Sequence record: LT603033.1 | Reading direction: 5' to 3' (one strand) | DNA length: 64,000 nt | Shown here: positions 42,513 to 53,224 of the stretch, piece by piece | How the letters are laid out: each line of letters begins with the position of its first letter | Numbering within the stretch: the stretch's first letter is position 1 | Notes under the pieces: generated by a model | Databases searched by the model: none | Told to the model about the DNA's origin: nothing | What the model saw: the letters and a program-made list of their open reading frames with translations, nothing else | Program-made: the position numbers and the translations under genes

Positions 42513-44477
42513 ATGGCTAAGAAAGAAAGTGCTGTTCTACAGGAACATGATGTTCAACGACTAAATGATTATCAACATGCTCGTTTGCGTACCGAGATGT
42601 ATCTTGGTTCTCGTTCAGTGCATGAAAGTCAAGTACTGATTTTTGGCGAATCAGGTTATGAGGTTAAGAACGTAGAATGGGTTCCTGCAATTCTTACTGC
42701 TACACGTGAAATTATTGATAACAGCTTAGATGAATTTAAAAAAGCTGGAACCAAAGAACCTGTTTTGAAAGTTGATTTCAATGAAGAAGAACTATCATTT
42801 GAAATTAGTGACAATGGACGTGGTATTCCAATTGATTATGTTCCAGAGTATCAGAAAAACTTGTGTACTATGGTAATGACTGAAACAAAAACAGGCCGTA
42901 ACTTTGACGATTCAAAACGTGATGAAACGATTGGTCAGAATGGTTTAGGTGGTTCTGTTGCAATGATTGTCAGTTCTAAGGCAGAGTTAGAAATTCATCG
43001 CCAAGGTCGTCCGTATAAAACACAAAGTAGTAATGATGGTTATGATGGGTTTTATAAGTTCAATCAGAAGTTTGAGGAAGGAACTATTATGTTCCCTGAG
43101 CTTCATGTACACGAACCTACTATTAGAAAGGTACAAACCGATAAAACTGGAACAACAATTCGTTTTACTTTGAGTAAAGAAGTTTTTCCAAACAGAAAAC
43201 TACCAACCGAATTACTTTATAGTATTCTTAAAGAAATGGCAGCAGCTAACCCAACTTATAAAATCTTTCTGAACGGGAAACGTATTGCTATTAAAGGAAA
43301 CACTGAAAAAGCACTCTTCAATGCATCTAAATTAATGCAGTTGAATGTTAAAGATGATTCATTCAATTTTAACAGTACTTTTTATATTGTTCCTAATGCA
43401 GTAGCTGGCATGAACACGAATTTCCATATGCATGGGTTGGTTAACAATGCTCCTGCATTTGATGGTGGTACACATCTTGATACATTCAAGAAATTCTTCT
43501 CACTCGGTGTAGGAACTGCACTAGAGAAAGAATCTAAGAAACGTAGGATGAAACCTAATCGTTCTGATATTGAAGAAGGTTTGTTGATTTATAATGTCAC
43601 AACTATGAAAGCACCTTCATTCAACTCACAGATTAAATCTAAACTAACTAATGAAAACGTAATCCGTCCAATTCAACAAGCTATGAGTACCGAATGGTTT
43701 GATGAATTAGTTAAGAAGAACAAAGAATGGGTTGATGAAATCTTCGAACGTTGTGCTGCCCGTACAAATAAGAAAGATGCAGAAGAAGATCGTCGCCTAG
43801 CAAAGAAACTTCTAAAAGGTAAAGTTGCAAAACTATTGGATAGTACTGGAACAGACCGTTCACAGTGTATTCTATTGATTGCAGAAGGTGACTCTGCAAT
43901 TTCCAACATGGCTAGTGCTCGTATACCAAGTATTCATGGTATTCTACCATTGCGTGGGAAAATTATGAACGTCAGTGGTACTGAGAAAACCAAAGAATTA
44001 ATGGATTCAATGGCTTTACATGATATAATGGCTAGTATCAACTTAGTTCCAGGTGTTAAAGCAGAACGTTCTGAACTAAACTATGGTAAGCTTTACATCT
44101 GTGCTGATGAAGATGAAGATGGGAAGAACATTGGTGCTCTAGTGTGTAACTTCTTATTTAAATTCTGGCCTGAATTGTTTCAAGACCCAGAAAATCCATT
44201 TGTGTATGTATTCAAAACACCATTTATCATTCTTGAGAAAGGTAAAGAATCAAAATACTACTATGGTCATAATGTGCATGAATATAACCCAGATGATTGG
44301 AAAGGCTGGAAAGCAACGCGTGCAAAAGGTTTAGGAACTTTAGAAAAAGCAAACTTCCGTGATGCATTCACTAATAGTGTTGCAGTAGCGATCACCGATG
44401 ATGGACGTCTTGGAGAAACTCTTGATTTGATTTTCAACAAGAAACGTGCAGATGATCGTAAGAACTGGATGGAATAA
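42513..44477 (+). CDS. Type II topoisomerase ATPase/Toprim subunit (gp39+60, unsplit)
   Basis: EIIDNS, DNGRGIP, GQNGLG, AEGDSA, PLRGKIMN, DEDEDG and KGLGT. Confidence 0.95.
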   Translation: MAKKESAVLQEHDVQRLNDYQHARLRTEMYLGSRSVHESQVLIFGESGYEVKNVEWVPAILTATREIIDNSLDEFKKAGTKEPVLKVDFNEEELSFEISDNGRGIPIDYVPEYQKNLCTMVMTETKTGRNFDDSKRDETIGQNGLGGSVAMIVSSKAELEIHRQGRPYKTQSSNDGYDGFYKFNQKFEEGTIMFPELHVHEPTIRKVQTDKTGTTIRFTLSKEVFPNRKLPTELLYSILKEMAAANPTYKIFLNGKRIAIKGNTEKALFNASKLMQLNVKDDSFNFNSTFYIVPNAVAGMNTNFHMHGLVNNAPAFDGGTHLDTFKKFFSLGVGTALEKESKKRRMKPNRSDIEEGLLIYNVTTMKAPSFNSQIKSKLTNENVIRPIQQAMSTEWFDELVKKNKEWVDEIFERCAARTNKKDAEEDRRLAKKLLKGKVAKLLDSTGTDRSQCILLIAEGDSAISNMASARIPSIHGILPLRGKIMNVSGTEKTKELMDSMALHDIMASINLVPGVKAERSELNYGKLYICADEDEDGKNIGALVCNFLFKFWPELFQDPENPFVYVFKTPFIILEKGKESKYYYGHNVHEYNPDDWKGWKATRAKGLGTLEKANFRDAFTNSVAVAITDDGRLGETLDLIFNKKRADDRKNWME

Positions 44478-44527
44478 TATAGACTAATGGGGAACATGGT
44501 GTTCCCCTTTTACCAAGAGACAATGGA

Positions 44528-45940
44528 ATGGCTAAAAGTAAAAAAACAGAAAATCATAATATCGATAACCAAACACTAACTCTACTAGATTATAACAGTT
44601 CTGATTATGTGAATACAACATCACTAGAATATTCGATGTATACACTAGACCGTGCTATTCCTGGAATTGATGGTCTAAAGAGTTCACAACGTAAAGCAAT
44701 CTTCACATTATCTAAAATTAGTGGGGAAATTAAAACAGTATCATGTGCTGGAAAAATGATTAGTGATGGTATCTATCTTCATGGGGACACGTCAGCATCA
44801 GGAACACTTCAAAATCTAGCATCTCCAGTAGCTAACAACTATCCTCTTATTGGAAAACGTGGTGGTTTTGGTACACAAGTAAACAGTACACCAGCATCTG
44901 CTCGTTACACTTATGTTAAAAAGAATAAGAGTACTGAGATGCTTGTTTTGCGTGATGCTGATATTATACCAATGAAAGAGAACTATGACGGGACAACATA
45001 TGAACCTGTTCATTTCTTGCCTATTATTCCATTATCATTGTTTGGTAATGATAGTATGTCAGTTGGTTATAAGAGTACAATTCTACCACATAAAATTGAA
45101 GATATTATTGATAATTGCATTCGTGCTATTGATAAAAAACCACTAAAAGAAATGACCCCATATTATGTTTCATGTGGTGCAAGTGATGTTGTGACTAAGC
45201 TTGATGAAAATAAGTATGAATTCTATGGTAAAGCTGAGGTTATTGATGCAAGCACTGTTAAAGTAACAGGCTTACCACCTAATTACAGTATTGAGAAATT
45301 CATCGAAAAACTAATCAAAATGAGTGATGATGGTGAGATTCGTGATTATGACAATGATAGTACTGATGTAATTGATATTACCATTAAACTTCCACGTGGA
45401 ACGTCAGCTAAATGGACAGAGATGGATGTTATTGAGTATTTTGGCATTAACAAAAAAATGACTCAACATTTAACTGTTCTAGGTGAAAATGGCAAAGTGA
45501 AAGTTTACGATACTACGATGGATTTGATTAAAGACTTCGTTGATTTCCGTTTCAAATATTACATCAAGCGTTATGAAAAGAAACTTGATGATTGTGCTGC
45601 TGAAGTTCGTTATAAAATTCTAATTAAAGAATGTTTCGATAATGATATGATTGCTAAGGTAAAAGGATTTGCAAACCGTGCTGAAATGGTTGAATTCGTT
45701 AAATCGTTAAATACCGAAATTGAAGCAACGGAAGAGAATATTCAAAGCATTGTAAACTTCCCTTCATATCGCTGGACGCAAGATAATTATCAATCAGTAC
45801 TACAAGATATTCAAGATAATCTTGATTTGATGGATAAGTACAATGAACTGTTATCTAATCATGACTTAATTTGGGACATTTATAAATCTGAACTAAAAGA
45901 ACTAAGAAAGATTGACTTTACTCCTAAATCAGACAATTGA
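44528..45940 (+). CDS. Type II topoisomerase breakage-reunion subunit (gp52-like)
   Basis: RAIP.IDGLKSSQRK, YLHGD and ASARY(T) catalytic Tyr. Confidence 0.95.
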   Translation: MAKSKKTENHNIDNQTLTLLDYNSSDYVNTTSLEYSMYTLDRAIPGIDGLKSSQRKAIFTLSKISGEIKTVSCAGKMISDGIYLHGDTSASGTLQNLASPVANNYPLIGKRGGFGTQVNSTPASARYTYVKKNKSTEMLVLRDADIIPMKENYDGTTYEPVHFLPIIPLSLFGNDSMSVGYKSTILPHKIEDIIDNCIRAIDKKPLKEMTPYYVSCGASDVVTKLDENKYEFYGKAEVIDASTVKVTGLPPNYSIEKFIEKLIKMSDDGEIRDYDNDSTDVIDITIKLPRGTSAKWTEMDVIEYFGINKKMTQHLTVLGENGKVKVYDTTMDLIKDFVDFRFKYYIKRYEKKLDDCAAEVRYKILIKECFDNDMIAKVKGFANRAEMVEFVKSLNTEIEATEENIQSIVNFPSYRWTQDNYQSVLQDIQDNLDLMDKYNELLSNHDLIWDIYKSELKELRKIDFTPKSDN

Positions 45941-45981
45941 TATATTTAATGGAAGACCTTATGGGTCTTCCTTGTCCTTTA

Positions 45982-45989
45982 TATAAATA
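45982..45989 (+). promoter_or_regulatory. T4-type late promoter TATAAATA
   Basis: Exact consensus after a terminator hairpin (45951-45971), upstream of a large structural-type gene. Confidence 0.6.
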
Positions 45990-46027
45990 ATCTATAGATA
46001 ATGGCAGCTTGGCTATGGAGAATTATA

Positions 46028-48421
46028 ATGACAACTTTTACCCCACGATGGGATATAAAAGCCGATGCTCGATATATACAAGAAGGACAAGACATTCTTG
46101 TGCGTTTGAGTATCAATAAAGAAAGCACAACGGATGATAGCTATGTATTAAATGAAGATGAATACTTAGAAATGATTCTTAACATACAATGCTTGGATAG
46201 TTCAGGTGCTGTATTTGATCCAGAACCACATTATACTTTTTATGTTGGTAATGACGAAAATACTTTTGTTCCTATTTCAGATGGTACAACTGGTAATAAA
46301 TTAGTAAATGGTAAGCATAAGTGTAAAATCAGCAAAAATGAATTTAACTTATCTGCAAGTACTAATAGTGAAGATGTTTATTTTATAAAAATTCATTGTA
46401 AAAATGATGGAACCTATAATAATACAGAAATTATAAATTTTTATTTACAAGCAGTAAATGTTATGTATTTTGGAAATATTTCACCAAGTGGTGTTCTAGG
46501 ATTAACTGATACATCAATAACATATGATAGTCAAGAAGTTTGGGTTACACCCGGAGTTGAGATTGGTGATGACAAAAAGCTTTATTGTATTGGTGATGTT
46601 GAGTATGGCTCCAACAGTACATTGTTCGTTCAAGGATTTGGAAGAAGACGACCTTTCATTTTGGGTACTGACATGACTACTGATATTACACCTCGTGTCT
46701 TTTTTCCAGCATATCGTTTGATTGACATGGATATTTCTGAAGTTCCAGATAAACATATTACGAATGATTTCGCAGTATTCAAGCCAGCACAATCAACATG
46801 GCCTATTTCTGGTATAAACAAAGAAGTAAAAGTTAATATTCAAAATAGAAATGGTAATTTAATTGACACTGGAATGGTGTTCAACCCAAATGGGCAATTA
46901 TTGCAAACATTTTTATATGACTCAGATGCTTGTGATGCATATTTTAAAGTTGAGATTGTTGATATATTAAGTACATACACCGAAGAAAGTGAAAGGTTTG
47001 CTATCAATCAACGATATAAAGCATATCAAATGTGGGTTTGTCCTGAAGACATAGATACTATATATTCTATTTCAGAAAAACCACTACCCAATCATTTATA
47101 TCAATTAAAAGATAATGTTGTGTATCCATACGTAATTAGTGGTGAATACGATAATGGAACAATTAAGCCCGTTTATGATAGTAGTGATTGGATTGATTTA
47201 GGATATTATGACTCTACTCTTGGTGATAATATCATTGGTATGCAAAAAATGTTCAGGGTTTTGATAAACGCAGAAGAAGGTAATAATATAAACTTTATTA
47301 CTGATAGTGATTTAGGAACCATACATGTTGGTGAATATTTTGGAGACAGTATATATCCTAAAATTGAAACTGATAGCTCTAATCAAGTTTCGTATGTTTT
47401 AGATGGTGGTGATGACATTAGAAAGTATGGGATAGATTTGACACCAGATGGATATCTTGTAGGAACTGCATATGCCAAAAGTATTGATTTTAGTGAAAAT
47501 GATGATATTAAATTATCGTTTTATGTTAAAGCATTTAGTACTGAAGGTGGTGAAGCAAGAAAAATATTTAACCTTAAGATTGTAAGAGGATTCGGACAGA
47601 ATTATTTGAGTGCACATGTATTACCTTCGGTTGCATTTGAGAGAGAATGGTTTAAATGTATAAGTACTTCATCATTCACTAATCAACTATTTTTCCGACA
47701 ATCTGACAATAGATATGGTCTTCAGAAAATACCGAAGATGTTATTGAAAGAAAACTTCCTAAGTCAAACGTATCCATATACTAACCTTTCTGATATCAAG
47801 AAAGTATTGAGAAATAGTATAATTAACCCAAATGGAACTACTATTCCAAATGGAAAATTTAAAATGGTAATGGGTAATTATAAAATAATATCAGCACTTG
47901 ACAATCAAGGTAACTTACAATATGATCTATTATATAGAGAGGTTTTACCTGAAGGTTCTTTAGTATCTGTATCCAAAAATCCACGTCAATATACTCAAAT
48001 CGACAACGGTCAGCTTGGTGAATTATTTGGTTTACGACAAAATATTTTTCAGGCTATTGGTGAAGACACAACCAACTTAGTAAAAGACCCAACCGATTTA
48101 CAAAATCGTGGTCTATACGTTGATGCGATACCAAGTATCAGTGATGAAATGCTTGATACGGTCCCAAGATTTATGAATCACCCATACATTGAAGATGGTA
48201 TAAAGAAAAAATTCATGCCTATCATTCCAGTTGCATATTGTCAACCAGGGAAAGGTGAAGCATTTTTCAACACTTTACTTCAGAACAATGAACATGGTAC
48301 AATGGTAGGTGTAGAGTTCGAAATCACATCGGTTGAATTCGGATACTTTTCGCATGAATCAGTGAATTATGTTTCAGATACATTTTTGATTACATTGCAA
48401 AACAATAACATAGGAGGTTAA
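46028..48421 (+). CDS. Large probable virion (baseplate/tail) protein
   Basis: 797 aa, beta-rich, late promoter upstream. Confidence 0.55.
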   Translation: MTTFTPRWDIKADARYIQEGQDILVRLSINKESTTDDSYVLNEDEYLEMILNIQCLDSSGAVFDPEPHYTFYVGNDENTFVPISDGTTGNKLVNGKHKCKISKNEFNLSASTNSEDVYFIKIHCKNDGTYNNTEIINFYLQAVNVMYFGNISPSGVLGLTDTSITYDSQEVWVTPGVEIGDDKKLYCIGDVEYGSNSTLFVQGFGRRRPFILGTDMTTDITPRVFFPAYRLIDMDISEVPDKHITNDFAVFKPAQSTWPISGINKEVKVNIQNRNGNLIDTGMVFNPNGQLLQTFLYDSDACDAYFKVEIVDILSTYTEESERFAINQRYKAYQMWVCPEDIDTIYSISEKPLPNHLYQLKDNVVYPYVISGEYDNGTIKPVYDSSDWIDLGYYDSTLGDNIIGMQKMFRVLINAEEGNNINFITDSDLGTIHVGEYFGDSIYPKIETDSSNQVSYVLDGGDDIRKYGIDLTPDGYLVGTAYAKSIDFSENDDIKLSFYVKAFSTEGGEARKIFNLKIVRGFGQNYLSAHVLPSVAFEREWFKCISTSSFTNQLFFRQSDNRYGLQKIPKMLLKENFLSQTYPYTNLSDIKKVLRNSIINPNGTTIPNGKFKMVMGNYKIISALDNQGNLQYDLLYREVLPEGSLVSVSKNPRQYTQIDNGQLGELFGLRQNIFQAIGEDTTNLVKDPTDLQNRGLYVDAIPSISDEMLDTVPRFMNHPYIEDGIKKKFMPIIPVAYCQPGKGEAFFNTLLQNNEHGTMVGVEFEITSVEFGYFSHESVNYVSDTFLITLQNNNIGG

Positions 48422-48422
48422 T

Positions 48423-48734
48423 ATGTTTAATCCGTTTTTTGACCCGTCTGGAATGACGGAAAAAGAACTACAGTTAAAAATTAATGAACAGTCTATGCGT
48501 TTAACTTCTGCTCGTGCTGCTGGCCTAAGCGACATGATTATTGGTAATATGCAAACTGTCTTAAATCAATGTTATGCTGAACTAGAACTTCGCCAAGGAC
48601 AAAAAGAAAAAACTGTTTATGACGAAGAAGACCCATGTATCTTCGATATGGATTCATATCTAACTGACAACGAAGAGGCCCAGAAGAAGAAAAATGAAAG
48701 TACAAGGAAACAGATTTATAAGTCCCAATGGTGA
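48423..48734 (+). CDS. Hypothetical protein
   Basis: GGAGG SD; MFNPFFDPS... Confidence 0.7.
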   Translation: MFNPFFDPSGMTEKELQLKINEQSMRLTSARAAGLSDMIIGNMQTVLNQCYAELELRQGQKEKTVYDEEDPCIFDMDSYLTDNEEAQKKKNESTRKQIYKSQW

Positions 48735-49212
48735 TGTGAAATGTAATCTTAACGCAGTTGTTTATGCAATCAATTGCGGTGCAGATATCCAGTACTTACA
48801 ATTGCAGGAAATTGATGAACCTGAAAGGTTGAAATTCAATGATAACTGTAAAAAATTTGGCTTAGAACAACGTATGCTGGATTATACAATTGAGCATGAT
48901 AAAAATCATGAACTGTGGCGATATGATCCAGTATACGACAATATAAATCTGCGTGACTTTTTCTTACAAAAATGCACATCCGATGAAGCACGAAAACGTG
49001 TTGAGTATGAACTTGATTTATATGAATATTATAATATGACAAAGCTACTAAGATGTATGATATGGCTTGTTGATTATATGGAAGAAAATGAGATCTTTTG
49101 GGGTCTAGGTCGTGGAAGCTCTGTTGCATCATACTGTTTGTTTTTGATTGGACTACATATGGTAGATTCATTGAAGTACGAACTTGATGTTAACGAATTT
49201 TTGAAATGGTAG
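48694..49212 (+). CDS. DnaE/PolIII-alpha-like N-terminal palm fragment
   Basis: RVEYEL...GLGRGSSVASYCLFLIGLHMVDSLKYELDVNEFL matches DnaE RLETEL...[34 protein letters not shown]. Confidence 0.88.
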   Translation: MKVQGNRFISPNGDVKCNLNAVVYAINCGADIQYLQLQEIDEPERLKFNDNCKKFGLEQRMLDYTIEHDKNHELWRYDPVYDNINLRDFFLQKCTSDEARKRVEYELDLYEYYNMTKLLRCMIWLVDYMEENEIFWGLGRGSSVASYCLFLIGLHMVDSLKYELDVNEFLKW

Positions 49213-49275
49213 AAAAACATGTGATATAATGTTTATTGTAGGCTTATATCACACATACAATAAAAGGATTTTGAT

Positions 49276-49620
49276 ATGTCTAAACATACAACTTATCGTG
49301 GTACAACAATTGACATGGATATGCTCAAGTACCAAAATCAACATCAGGTAGCATTAGGTAATGCTAATTTAAACGCACGTGGTGATAAAATCGGTTCCGG
49401 TGGAACAATTATTAAAACTCGTGAAGAGTTGATTCAAGAAAAAGAACGAGAAATGCAAATTCCTGATTATATCCCTGAACATCAACTTCATAGTACTGAA
49501 CATGGTACGGATGAAGTATGGGATGATGAGAGTTTTGAAGTTAAGCCCGAAGAACAAGAAGCTGAGGTTTCTGAAGAGAAGAAAGCACCACGTCGAGCTA
49601 GAACCAAAGATCAGGAGTAA
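49276..49620 (+). CDS. Conserved hypothetical protein
   Basis: IDMDML...ALGNANLNARGDKIGSGG. Confidence 0.75.
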   Translation: MSKHTTYRGTTIDMDMLKYQNQHQVALGNANLNARGDKIGSGGTIIKTREELIQEKEREMQIPDYIPEHQLHSTEHGTDEVWDDESFEVKPEEQEAEVSEEKKAPRRARTKDQE

Positions 49621-49628
49621 TATATTAA

Positions 49629-49955
49629 ATGACTAATAAAGTAATGACTGCATGTAAAGGTAAAGTACTGGTAACTGAACTGGAACATGGTGAACGCAAA
49701 ACAGCAGGTGGTATCGTTTTAACAAACGATGACGGTAAAATTAGAGGTATTCGTTCTCGCTGGGCAAAAGTTTATTCTGTAGGCGAAGACATTACTGATA
49801 TTAAAGAAGGTCAATGGATTTTAATTGATCATGGTCGATGGTCAAGAACTATTGAAGTTGATGGTATTGAATTAAACTTGGTTGATTATCCAGCCGCAGT
49901 TAGTTTAGTTTCAGATGAAGATCCACGAACTAAAATGCTAACCTTTGGTCGTTAA
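49629..49955 (+). CDS. groES: Co-chaperonin GroES-like protein, copy 2 (roof hairpin missing)
   Basis: KVLV, mobile loop KTAGGIVLT, VYSVG...IKEGQWI. Confidence 0.8.
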   Translation: MTNKVMTACKGKVLVTELEHGERKTAGGIVLTNDDGKIRGIRSRWAKVYSVGEDITDIKEGQWILIDHGRWSRTIEVDGIELNLVDYPAAVSLVSDEDPRTKMLTFGR

Positions 49956-50008
49956 TAAAATATAATTAAAGCTCGGATGAATATCTGGGCTTTTTATTTG
50001 GACAGATT

Positions 50009-50281
50009 TTGATGATAACTGATGATGGAAAATTTAGTTTCAAGGATGTAACATTAGTATCTAAAAACGGAAGATTCATGTTTGAAGATAGAAAAAATAC
50101 CAAATATGTATATGAAGTTTCACATGATATGTTTAAAGTTTTATTAGTTGCATCGGCCCAAGCTGAAAGTACTGGGATTAAAAATAAGGCAAATTCTTTT
50201 AATTTTTTATTAAATCAATTGGAAATGACAGAAGAACTTTTCACGGCTTTATTATATAATTCAGCCGATTGGATTCTATAA
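50009..50281 (+). CDS. Hypothetical protein
   Basis: 90-aa ORF. Confidence 0.6.
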   Translation: MMITDDGKFSFKDVTLVSKNGRFMFEDRKNTKYVYEVSHDMFKVLLVASAQAESTGIKNKANSFNFLLNQLEMTEELFTALLYNSADWIL

Positions 50282-50304
50282 CACGTACACATAAGGAAAT
50301 AAAA

Positions 50305-51258
50305 ATGACCACACTATGGACTGAAAAATATCGCCCACAATCAATGGAAGATTATGTATCAAAAAATGATGCACTACGCCAGAAAATGGAAGAATGGATT
50401 AAAACTGGTGACATTCCACATATTGGGTTTTTTGGCCCAGCAGGAACTGGTAAAACATCTGCGATCAAAGTACTCATTAATGGATTGGTACAGAATGGAC
50501 ACCTTGACCCAAGTGATGTGACTACGCTTAACATGTCGGATGAGGGTATTGATGCAGTTCGTGATAAAATCGATGCCGCAGCAAAGCTATCATGTTTTGG
50601 TAGGTATCGTATCTTTGTTCTTGAAGAAATGGAGCAGATGAACCATAAAGCACAAGGTAGTTTGAAACGTGTAATGGAAGACTACCATGAAAACGCTCGC
50701 TTTATTTTAACAAGTAACGAACCACATAAAATTCAAAAACCTATCATTTCTCGTGTTCAAGTTATTACAATCGAAAAGCATGATATGGAACAATTCATGA
50801 CTCGAATTTATAATATTCTTCTAGCAGAAGGTGTTGATTTGAGTAGTGATGATAGTGTTGAACAAGTTCAAAAGTATATCAATGCTTCCTATCCTGATTT
50901 CCGTAAAACACTAAACGTATTGCAAAGTTCAGTTGTTGATGGTAAGCTAGTAAAACTTGAAGATAGTATTGAAAATTCAGCAGGGTATCGTACTGCAATT
51001 GTTGAAGCATTAAAGGCAGGAAACATTCGCCAAATGCGTGAACAAATTGTACAAAATATCCCTGATGATGAGATGGATGCATTCTTTTCTTATCTGTATC
51101 GTAATGCTGAAATGTTCAGTACTGATGAAATCACACTGATGAAGATTAAAGTTAAAATTCGTGATGCAGTTGTTAAGCAAGCAACAGTATCAGACCGTGA
51201 AATGAATCTTAGTGCTTTACTGTGTGAGATTGACCTAATTTGTTCGGGGAACATGTAA
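50305..51258 (+). CDS. Clamp loader AAA+ subunit (gp44/RFC-small-like)
   Basis: LWTEKYRPQS, GPAGTGKTS, LEEMEQM, AQGSL, ISR and YPDFRKTLN. Confidence 0.93.
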   Translation: MTTLWTEKYRPQSMEDYVSKNDALRQKMEEWIKTGDIPHIGFFGPAGTGKTSAIKVLINGLVQNGHLDPSDVTTLNMSDEGIDAVRDKIDAAAKLSCFGRYRIFVLEEMEQMNHKAQGSLKRVMEDYHENARFILTSNEPHKIQKPIISRVQVITIEKHDMEQFMTRIYNILLAEGVDLSSDDSVEQVQKYINASYPDFRKTLNVLQSSVVDGKLVKLEDSIENSAGYRTAIVEALKAGNIRQMREQIVQNIPDDEMDAFFSYLYRNAEMFSTDEITLMKIKVKIRDAVVKQATVSDREMNLSALLCEIDLICSGNM

Positions 51259-51884
51259 TGAAACCACGTTGTATAGTTTTTGATTGTGATGAAGTTCTAT
51301 TGGACCATATGGGTATGCTTTCTGAGTTTGTAAAACAAACTTATAATATCACACCATCAACACCATACCCATTAGAATATGATTTATCAGACTGGTTGGG
51401 TGTTCCTCAACCTGAAGTTAAAAAGATTCTTGAACAGTTCAACCAACAATCATATTTGTTTGGGTTGTTAAAGCCAGTCGAACCAAATACAGTTGATATT
51501 GTACAAGAGCTACGTGATCGTTTTCATAAAGAAAAATTCGTAGTACTCACAAAATGTGGTAAAAAAGGCTATGGTGAAGTTTTACGAAATGTAAATCTAA
51601 TGCGTGAATTTGGTGAAAACTGCTTTGATGAGATTATTATCATAGAAATGAATGAATCAAAGAAAGAAGCATTAGAGGATTTACAAACACGATATGATGT
51701 AAAACTAATGATTGATGATTATATCAATAATATTGAAACTGCTATGGGTCTTGGTATTCCATCAGTTATGATGGGATGTTCTCATAATACTATGTATAAG
51801 AATCATAGTGGTTTTGAATATATCGAAAACTGGACAGAACTTAGACTGAAAATTTATTCAGTACTAGGTAAATATTACAAATAA
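51258..51884 (+). CDS. HAD-family phosphatase (T4 gp30.2/5'-nucleotidase-like)
   Basis: VFDCDEVL, VVLT, K..., MIDDY. Confidence 0.8.
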   Translation: MKPRCIVFDCDEVLLDHMGMLSEFVKQTYNITPSTPYPLEYDLSDWLGVPQPEVKKILEQFNQQSYLFGLLKPVEPNTVDIVQELRDRFHKEKFVVLTKCGKKGYGEVLRNVNLMREFGENCFDEIIIIEMNESKKEALEDLQTRYDVKLMIDDYINNIETAMGLGIPSVMMGCSHNTMYKNHSGFEYIENWTELRLKIYSVLGKYYK

Positions 51885-51980
51885 AACTTTTAAATTGGGG
51901 TTTGATTCAAACCCCTTTTGTTGTATTTTAAAAGTAGTAAATAGTATTATATGTGCTAGTTTTTAAGGATAATATAAAAT

Positions 51981-52544
51981 ATGGACGATTTAGATTATAC
52001 AGATAATGCTATTCAGCAGTTGTATGATAACAGTGGTATGTTAGATATACTTCTTGCTGTAGAGAAATATTTCGATGATAATGATTTATATGCGTATAAA
52101 GGAATTATTGAGGGTGAGTTGGTAGAGGGGCCAATTGTAAGTAAGTATTGGTGTACTGTTACATTTAAATACTATCGTGAAAATTTTCCCGATCCTACCG
52201 CATTCTCTATTTTAGAGAAACATGGAACTAAAGTATATGTTAAAGCTGATTATGAAATAACTCCTATTAAAGAACCAAATCGTCAAGCTGACATGAAAAG
52301 TGTAGCGACACAATCTGGCTCTGTACGTATACCAAAAAATGAAAGAATCCCAGTACTATTGGTTAGAGTGCAGATTCCACGAAACTTGATTAATCCAGAA
52401 AGTTTTGATGAATATAAACTAATGGCAGCAGAATTCAATAGTAATCCAATGAATTCTCCTGAGAATATTGAAGAACCTGTAACTGGTGATGATGTGGATT
52501 TAGATGAAGAAGTAACGGATGAGACACAAGAAGGTGGAATGTAA
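51981..52544 (+). CDS. Conserved hypothetical late protein
   Basis: GTAAATA at 51937; GELVEGP..SKYWCTVTF...PDP. Confidence 0.7.
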   Translation: MDDLDYTDNAIQQLYDNSGMLDILLAVEKYFDDNDLYAYKGIIEGELVEGPIVSKYWCTVTFKYYRENFPDPTAFSILEKHGTKVYVKADYEITPIKEPNRQADMKSVATQSGSVRIPKNERIPVLLVRVQIPRNLINPESFDEYKLMAAEFNSNPMNSPENIEEPVTGDDVDLDEEVTDETQEGGM

Positions 52545-53224
52545 TGAAAAAGAAATTAAATGAACAAGGCTTACGTCCGCAAGTTCTCAAAGATTTGATT
52601 CATCCTATCATTAGTGTTGATGAATATACTCCTAAAATTGAAGATAGTAATATTGTTATTATGTTTCAGGTACTTAACAATTTTGATGCAGCATATGATT
52701 TATCTTCTTTTATTGAAAAATCACCTATTGATGTAGCTGATACAGAAGCAGCAGAAACACCAAATTTAGATGGTCGATATCAAGTTTATGTTGAAATGGA
52801 ACGAAATGCCGAATTCCCTGAAAAACTTTTACGTTTAATTAAAACTATTGAAAATATTTGTCCAGACCCAGGTTGGAAAATACAACTATATGGTGTTAAT
52901 GACCCAATCGATGTTGATTTTGAAGAAATACAGCAGAGAATTGATTTGGGTATTCCTAGTTCAATTAGTGAGTTCCTTGATTATGCTGGTGTTTCAGTAA
53001 TCAAAGAAGGAAACATGTTGACATTAAAAACAGCATATGGTAAATTACATTACAGTACTGGAAGCGGTTTTGTTTCAGAAACATATGTGAAAAAGTTATT
53101 AAAGAATGATACACAATTAGACACTTCGCGTCTTAGTTCCATACTAGGGGAAAGCTATACAGTACTACGAAGTGGTGATCAATATGTAATTGGAAGAAAC
53201 GGGAAATATTTGGTGTTGCGATGA
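52544..53224 (+). CDS. Conserved hypothetical late protein
   Basis: MKKKLNEQ leader; ISVDEY, AAYDLSSFIE. Confidence 0.7.
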   Translation: MKKKLNEQGLRPQVLKDLIHPIISVDEYTPKIEDSNIVIMFQVLNNFDAAYDLSSFIEKSPIDVADTEAAETPNLDGRYQVYVEMERNAEFPEKLLRLIKTIENICPDPGWKIQLYGVNDPIDVDFEEIQQRIDLGIPSSISEFLDYAGVSVIKEGNMLTLKTAYGKLHYSTGSGFVSETYVKKLLKNDTQLDTSRLSSILGESYTVLRSGDQYVIGRNGKYLVLR